From: Candidatus Helarchaeota ASGARD archaeon Hel_GB_B
Lineage (GTDB): Archaea > Asgardarchaeota > Lokiarchaeia > Helarchaeales > HEL-GB-B
Length of the DNA: 32,000 nucleotides
Direction of reading: 5' to 3'
NCBI GenBank assembly: GCA_005191425.1
Contig: SUPR01000031.1
Coordinates: 3,823-35,822, forward strand
Positions 27,052-32,000 of the stretch are shown one piece after another. The notes under the pieces were generated by a model that made no database searches, was not told where the DNA came from, and was given only the letters and a program-made list of their open reading frames with translations. The translations under genes and the position numbers were made by a program. Position 1 is the stretch's first letter; every line of letters starts with the position of its first letter.

Positions 27052-28326
27052 TTAATTTTCACTTTTTTTTTCTTTTGGAATAACTTCAATTAAAATATTA
27101 TTATCGATTAAAATATCTTGTTTGGGTAAATCAATAATAAGCATTTCACTAGGTCGTGCAAATCGTTCGAATTTTTTATAGATTAATTTATCATTTACCT
27201 TAAAATTTATGTATACATTATTTTCAGGTTTTTTAACGCGCATATAGAACCGAACAGAATTTTTAAATGCTGTCTTATTAACTTTTTGAGGTAGAACATA
27301 CCCAATATTTCTTCCACACAATAGCTGGACAAAATTCTTATCAATTTTAATAATCTTTTTGATAAATTTAGCGGCGATTTCACCAGTTAAAGTACCTTCT
27401 GATGCAACATTATCAACAAGGTCATTTACATGCAATACATTTCCACAAGCAAAAATTCCTTCGACATTGGTCTGAAAATAATTATTAATTATAGGACCGC
27501 GGGTTTTGGGGTCAAGTTCAACACCAGCAGTTTTTGACAATTCATTTTCAGGGATTAATCCTACGGATAAGAGAAGAGTATCACATTCAAACGATTTTTC
27601 AGACCCTTTTATAGGTTCCCAATTTTCATCGACTTTTGAAACGACTACGCTTTCAACACGATCTTTCCCTTTAATTTCAATTATAGTATGTTGGAGTAAT
27701 AAAGGAATACCAAAATCGTCTAAACATTGAACTTTATTTCTGATCAGTCCACTTGTATAAGGAAGAATTTCGATGACTGCTTTAACTTCTGCGCCTTCTA
27801 ATGTCAATCTACGTGCCATTATCATTCCAATATCACCAGACCCTAATATTACAAATTTTTTACCGGGCATCAGACCTTCTATATTTACTAATCGTTGAGC
27901 AAGTCCTGCTGTATAAATACCGGCAGGCCTAGTACCCGGGATTCGAATATTTCCCCGTGTGCGCTCTCGACAACCCATTGCAAGAATAATTGCTTTTGGT
28001 TTTACTAATATAGCACCTTCATTTTTATTTACAGCAAGGATATTTTTATTTGGTCTAATCTCAAGTACCATGGTATTTAGCATTATAGGAATTTTGTATT
28101 CCATTACCTTATTGATATATCGTTGAGCAAATTCAGGACCTGTTAATTCTTCATCAAATATACCTAGTCCAAACCCATTATGAATACATTGGGGTAAAAT
28201 ACCGCCCAACTCAAAATCACGTTCAATTAATAAGACATTAACTCCATTTTCATAAGCAGATATTGCTGCTGCTAGACCTGCAGGCCCACCTCCAATAATT
28301 GCAATATCAGTTATATATGTCTTCAT
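27052..28326 (-). CDS. FAD/NAD(P)-dependent oxidoreductase (NADH oxidase-like)
   Basis: IIGGGPAGLAAA, GGILPQCIHNGFG, GCRERTRG, GSGDIGMIMARR, SVGLIPENEL, GNVLHVNDLVD. Confidence 0.9.
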   Translation of the reverse strand: MKTYITDIAIIGGGPAGLAAAISAYENGVNVLLIERDFELGGILPQCIHNGFGLGIFDEELTGPEFAQRYINKVMEYKIPIMLNTMVLEIRPNKNILAVNKNEGAILVKPKAIILAMGCRERTRGNIRIPGTRPAGIYTAGLAQRLVNIEGLMPGKKFVILGSGDIGMIMARRLTLEGAEVKAVIEILPYTSGLIRNKVQCLDDFGIPLLLQHTIIEIKGKDRVESVVVSKVDENWEPIKGSEKSFECDTLLLSVGLIPENELSKTAGVELDPKTRGPIINNYFQTNVEGIFACGNVLHVNDLVDNVASEGTLTGEIAAKFIKKIIKIDKNFVQLLCGRNIGYVLPQKVNKTAFKNSVRFYMRVKKPENNVYINFKVNDKLIYKKFERFARPSEMLIIDLPKQDILIDNNILIEVIPKEKKSEN

Positions 28327-29774
28327 TTTGTATCCCTCCGCAAATGTTTTGTAGTACCAATTACTAATTCACTACCTTTACCATGTTTAGTTATTTCAGT
28401 GGGATTTTTTCCTAATTCATCGCATAGTATACTTATAATTCTAGAAGTACAAAATCCACCTTGACATCGCCCCATACCAGCTCGAGTCCTAAATTTAATG
28501 TCGTCTAGTGTGCGAGCAGGTAATGGACTATTAATTGCAGCTCTAATTTCTGCTTCAGTAATTGTTTCACACCGACATATTACTCTACCATAATTTTCAT
28601 CTTTTTTAATTAATTCATCTTTATCTTTAGGTGAAAGGTATGCAAAATGAGGAGGTTTATCAAGTGTAGGTATAAAATCTGTTTTTAATCTAAGGTTTAT
28701 TCCAATATTTTTAAGAATATCTACAACATAAACTGCAATTCCCAGACATGAACTTAGTCCAGGAGATTGAATACCCGCTACATTAATAAATCCATCTATT
28801 TCAGTTTGCTCTATAATAAAATCATTATTATTTGAGACTGCACGTAAGCCAGCAAAAACGGTAATTGCATCACGTAATGGGAGGTTGGGGATAAGTTTTT
28901 TCCCACCTTCAATGACCTCCTTTAATCCATCTAATGTACAAGAAATATCTTCTTTATCATCAATATTTTTTGCATTTGGTCCAACAAAAAAATTATTTGA
29001 AACAGTTGGGGAAACTACAATTCCTTTGCTTATTTTAGTAGGAACTGGAAATAATATATGGTTAATTTTCATGACATTTTTATCAAATAAAACATATTCA
29101 CCTTTTCTTGGAGTAATTTTAAAATAGTCCAGTCCTACGAGGGAAGAAATTTTATCAGCATAAAGACCTGCAGCATTAATAACGATATTAGATTTAATTT
29201 CAATACCAGATCTTATGATTATTTTAAATTTATCCTCTTTTTTTATTTCAATAACTTCAGAATCAGGAAGGAAACGTAGTCCATTAATAATAGCATTCTC
29301 AACAAAGTTGATACATAGTTCATAGGGTGAAATAATAGCAGCTCCGGGGCAGTATAGGACACCACAGACATTTGGATTTAGATTGGGTTCCATTTTTAAA
29401 ATTTTTTTAGGATCTTCAATGATTTTAAAATCTTTAATGCCGTTTTTTAACCCATTTTCTTTAAGTTCGTATAATTTTTCTATTTGATCTTTTTCTAATG
29501 CTACGACAAAAGACCCAATTTTTGAATAACTTACATTTAAATCATTACATACTTTTTCAAATAATGGCAAGCTTGCAACATTAAATCTAGCTTTATTAGT
29601 GCCATTTTTTGCTGCATAACCTCCATGAATGATGCCAGAGTTTGCTTTTGTAGTACCCATGGATACACTGGGATTTTTTTCTATTAAAATTGTCTTAACA
29701 GAATATTTTGACAGTTCTCTTGCAATAGCAGCGCCAGAAATTCCTGCACCAATAATAGCAATATCATATTCCAA
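28323..29774 (-). CDS. FAD-dependent glycerol-3-phosphate dehydrogenase-like (GlpA/LhgO family) with C-terminal BFD-like [2Fe-2S] domain
   Basis: IIGAGISG, TTKANSGIIHGGY, PRKGEY, GIQSPGLS, CRCE.ITEAEI...RTRAGMGRCQGGFC. TTG start with GGTGA SD (complement of 29781-29785). Confidence 0.85.
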   Translation of the reverse strand: MEYDIAIIGAGISGAAIARELSKYSVKTILIEKNPSVSMGTTKANSGIIHGGYAAKNGTNKARFNVASLPLFEKVCNDLNVSYSKIGSFVVALEKDQIEKLYELKENGLKNGIKDFKIIEDPKKILKMEPNLNPNVCGVLYCPGAAIISPYELCINFVENAIINGLRFLPDSEVIEIKKEDKFKIIIRSGIEIKSNIVINAAGLYADKISSLVGLDYFKITPRKGEYVLFDKNVMKINHILFPVPTKISKGIVVSPTVSNNFFVGPNAKNIDDKEDISCTLDGLKEVIEGGKKLIPNLPLRDAITVFAGLRAVSNNNDFIIEQTEIDGFINVAGIQSPGLSSCLGIAVYVVDILKNIGINLRLKTDFIPTLDKPPHFAYLSPKDKDELIKKDENYGRVICRCETITEAEIRAAINSPLPARTLDDIKFRTRAGMGRCQGGFCTSRIISILCDELGKNPTEITKHGKGSELVIGTTKHLRRDTK

Positions 29775-29865
29775 AAAAAGTCACCAATTTTTAATTAAAT
29801 GAAATATAAAAAAAGATTTTGGTATTTTTTTGCAAATTTGCTATTTTGACCTGAATACAGTCCAA

Positions 29866-30633
29866 TTATTTATTGGTGCTATTTTCCCATTTTTTATGAG
29901 CATCATCGATTGATTTCTCGTAAAGAATCAATTCTACATACCGTATATGGTCTTTAATACACTTTTTAATACATTCATCAGAAATATTTTCGGACCCGTT
30001 TTTCCCAATTTCATATATAAACATTTCTAATGGTGAACGATAGTATTCTTTTAAAAAATTTATTCTTGGAAAGTATCCCATAGCCCGCATCTTTTGTAAT
30101 AAACTTTTTACATAGCCTTCATACAAAATTAAATAGTTTTTATCTTTATCTATATTATTTAAAATAGTTTCTTCATTTTTTTCTCTGAATGTTGCATTCC
30201 ATTCATAGTCGTCGCTTAATAACTCTTTCCACTCTTCAACTTTAATTTTTCCAGTTAATCTAGCGCGAAATGTTTCTAAAAGAATCTCTTCTTCTAATTC
30301 GCTAACTTTTTCTATATAGCTCAAATTTTGATATGGCATAATTTGTAAATCAGGCAGTTTCTCATAAAGATCGGGTAAACTTTCCAAAATTGGGTTATAT
30401 TTGTATTTTAACGCATTTAAAAATGGTTCATTAACATTACATTTCTCTTTATATATTTCCCAAAACTCATCAGTCGTTAAATTGCCGAATCCAAATTCTT
30501 CTAACTCACAAGATAAATGACTTGGAAAATTAATTAAAAATCGCTCTGGAATATTTTTTAATTTACGAATTTTCTCTTTAAAAAGTATTGAACTCCTTTT
30601 TAATTTATTTAAAACATAAACAACAATCTCCAC
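29866..30633 (-). CDS. Hypothetical soluble, largely helical protein
   Basis: 255-aa open frame, GTG start preceded by AGGAG; no motif recognised. Confidence 0.7.
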   Translation of the reverse strand: MEIVVYVLNKLKRSSILFKEKIRKLKNIPERFLINFPSHLSCELEEFGFGNLTTDEFWEIYKEKCNVNEPFLNALKYKYNPILESLPDLYEKLPDLQIMPYQNLSYIEKVSELEEEILLETFRARLTGKIKVEEWKELLSDDYEWNATFREKNEETILNNIDKDKNYLILYEGYVKSLLQKMRAMGYFPRINFLKEYYRSPLEMFIYEIGKNGSENISDECIKKCIKDHIRYVELILYEKSIDDAHKKWENSTNK

Positions 30634-30787
30634 GGCTTATCTCCTATGTGGATACTTTTTTGTTTTTATTTATAATAACTAGGAGTGATTTCATTTTACC
30701 TATATTATAAAAGAATACTTAAATATATAAAAAAGTTGCACAAAATGAGCTATAATTTAAAAAAAATAGAGTTTTAAAAATCAATGA

Positions 30788-31999
30788 TTAGAGTTTAAAT
30801 TCTGTTTTCTTACCAGCAGTCCAAACACCTAAGGCTCTACCTAGTTCTTTATGGGTTTTTCCATATTTAGTCAATTTAATACCTTGCAATGTAGCATCAA
30901 TTGCTTGTCTAAATGCAGTAGCGCCTGCCTTTGGGCCATCAGGATGAGCATGAATACCGCCACCAGAACCTATGATAATATCAGTCCCTAAATCATTTAC
31001 ACATCTATCTACTAATCCTGCAGTAATTCCCCCTGATGGCATAGGCATAGTTGGTCGCAAATGATAAAATGGCCATCTTAAAGTATTGGCTACTCTAATA
31101 TACTTTTCTTGAATAACAGATGCTTTTCCATATGGAGCGGGATGTACTACAATATCTGCACCACATAATCTTGCTAATTTTCCAAGAATTAAATGACTTG
31201 AAACACCAAACCATGGCGCCATATACATTGCTCCGGCAAAATCCATATGCCCAAGAATGGGAACTTTTACTGATGGATCTTCTGCTAGAGCTCTTAATAC
31301 TTCAAATCCTAAAACTGGAAAATTTATCATAATGCCATTTGCACCTAATTCTTGGACTTTATCAGCATTTTCTAAAATATTAGGTAATTTATCAGTGATA
31401 TTTGCGGTATAAATTGTCTTTTCACCTTTTTCTGAATCAGCTTTATCAGCCATTTCCATAAAAGCTGGGACTCTATCTTCAAGTTTATTGTAATCTTGGT
31501 TGGACACTAATTCATCATCTTTAATTATATCACAACCACCAACTGCTGCATCATAAAATAATTGCGAGAATTCTGGTGCCCAAGTATATGTACATGGTTT
31601 TATCATGTTATTTAGGAGAGGCCTTTTTGGTACTTTTAGTATTTTTCTAATACCTTCTATACCAAATTTTGGGCCTTTAAAATCATCGACATATACTTTT
31701 GGAAATCTGACATCTACCATCTTCAATTCGCCCCCCATACTAATATTCCCGAAGATAGCTGTCAAAAGCATCGAGACCATATTTTTTACATTGATATAGG
31801 GAAATGCTAACTGTATTACATAGGTCCGCTTAGGCTCTTCTTTTCGTCCAGGTCTCTCAAATTCATAGTCCGGTATTTGTGTAAAACTGACAACTTTAGC
31901 CACATGTCTTCGTCTTACTTCTGGAGTTTCCATTGGAACTGGTACGAAGGTTCCTGTGCTTTGTTCTATTGCTAATGCTGGCCCAATTATATTTACATT
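30788..31999 (-). CDS. RuBisCO-like protein (form IV RLP), 5'-truncated by the window
   Basis: Frame is open past the ORF-track Met 31933 to the window edge (NVNIIGPALAIEQSTGTFVPVP-METPE; the EQSTGT motif). Also GPKFG, MIKP, GCDIIKDDE, YGK, PSGG, GGGIHAHPDG. Carboxylase positions K177, R295 and H327 (spinach numbering) appear substituted. Confidence 0.92.
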   Translation of the reverse strand, partial: NVNIIGPALAIEQSTGTFVPVPMETPEVRRRHVAKVVSFTQIPDYEFERPGRKEEPKRTYVIQLAFPYINVKNMVSMLLTAIFGNISMGGELKMVDVRFPKVYVDDFKGPKFGIEGIRKILKVPKRPLLNNMIKPCTYTWAPEFSQLFYDAAVGGCDIIKDDELVSNQDYNKLEDRVPAFMEMADKADSEKGEKTIYTANITDKLPNILENADKVQELGANGIMINFPVLGFEVLRALAEDPSVKVPILGHMDFAGAMYMAPWFGVSSHLILGKLARLCGADIVVHPAPYGKASVIQEKYIRVANTLRWPFYHLRPTMPMPSGGITAGLVDRCVNDLGTDIIIGSGGGIHAHPDGPKAGATAFRQAIDATLQGIKLTKYGKTHKELGRALGVWTAGKKTEFKL

Positions 32000-32000
32000 A

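Noticed and set aside
30788-31999. CO2-fixing RuBisCO (form III)
   Set aside because: K177, R295 and H327 equivalents appear substituted, and no AMP phosphorylase or R15P isomerase genes are in the window.
1-32000. Prophage, IS element or integrative island
   Set aside because: No integrase, transposase, terminase, capsid gene or att-like direct repeat was recognised, and composition is broadly uniform.

Overview
AT-rich, gene-dense archaeal chromosomal segment. Two small-GTPase fusion genes (longin-like + GTPase; Rag-like GTPase + roadblock-like) point to an Asgard archaeon such as Loki-/Helarchaeia (inference). About 28 intact or nearly intact genes. Metabolic genes: split three-gene glutamate synthase, FadH-like flavoenzyme, thiolase, two hot-dog dehydratases, PLP aminotransferase, split glutaminase + NadE NAD synthetase, GlpA-like/NADH oxidase/DUF1667 triad, and a form IV RuBisCO-like protein cut by the window end. 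Also a divergent Hel308/Ski2-like helicase and a co-oriented cluster of KaiC/RAD55-like ATPase, longin-GTPase and two tandem membrane transglutaminase-like proteins. The ORF track misses four things: an in-frame TGA in the first transglutaminase-like paralog (true start 10653), a decayed glycoside-hydrolase fragment (~5198-5569), and the off-window continuation of the first and last ORFs. A PD-(D/E)XK-like gene carries a 27-bp tandem repeat. No rRNA, tRNA, CRISPR array, transposase or integrase was recognised. All family calls are by-eye motif recognition; no database search was run.
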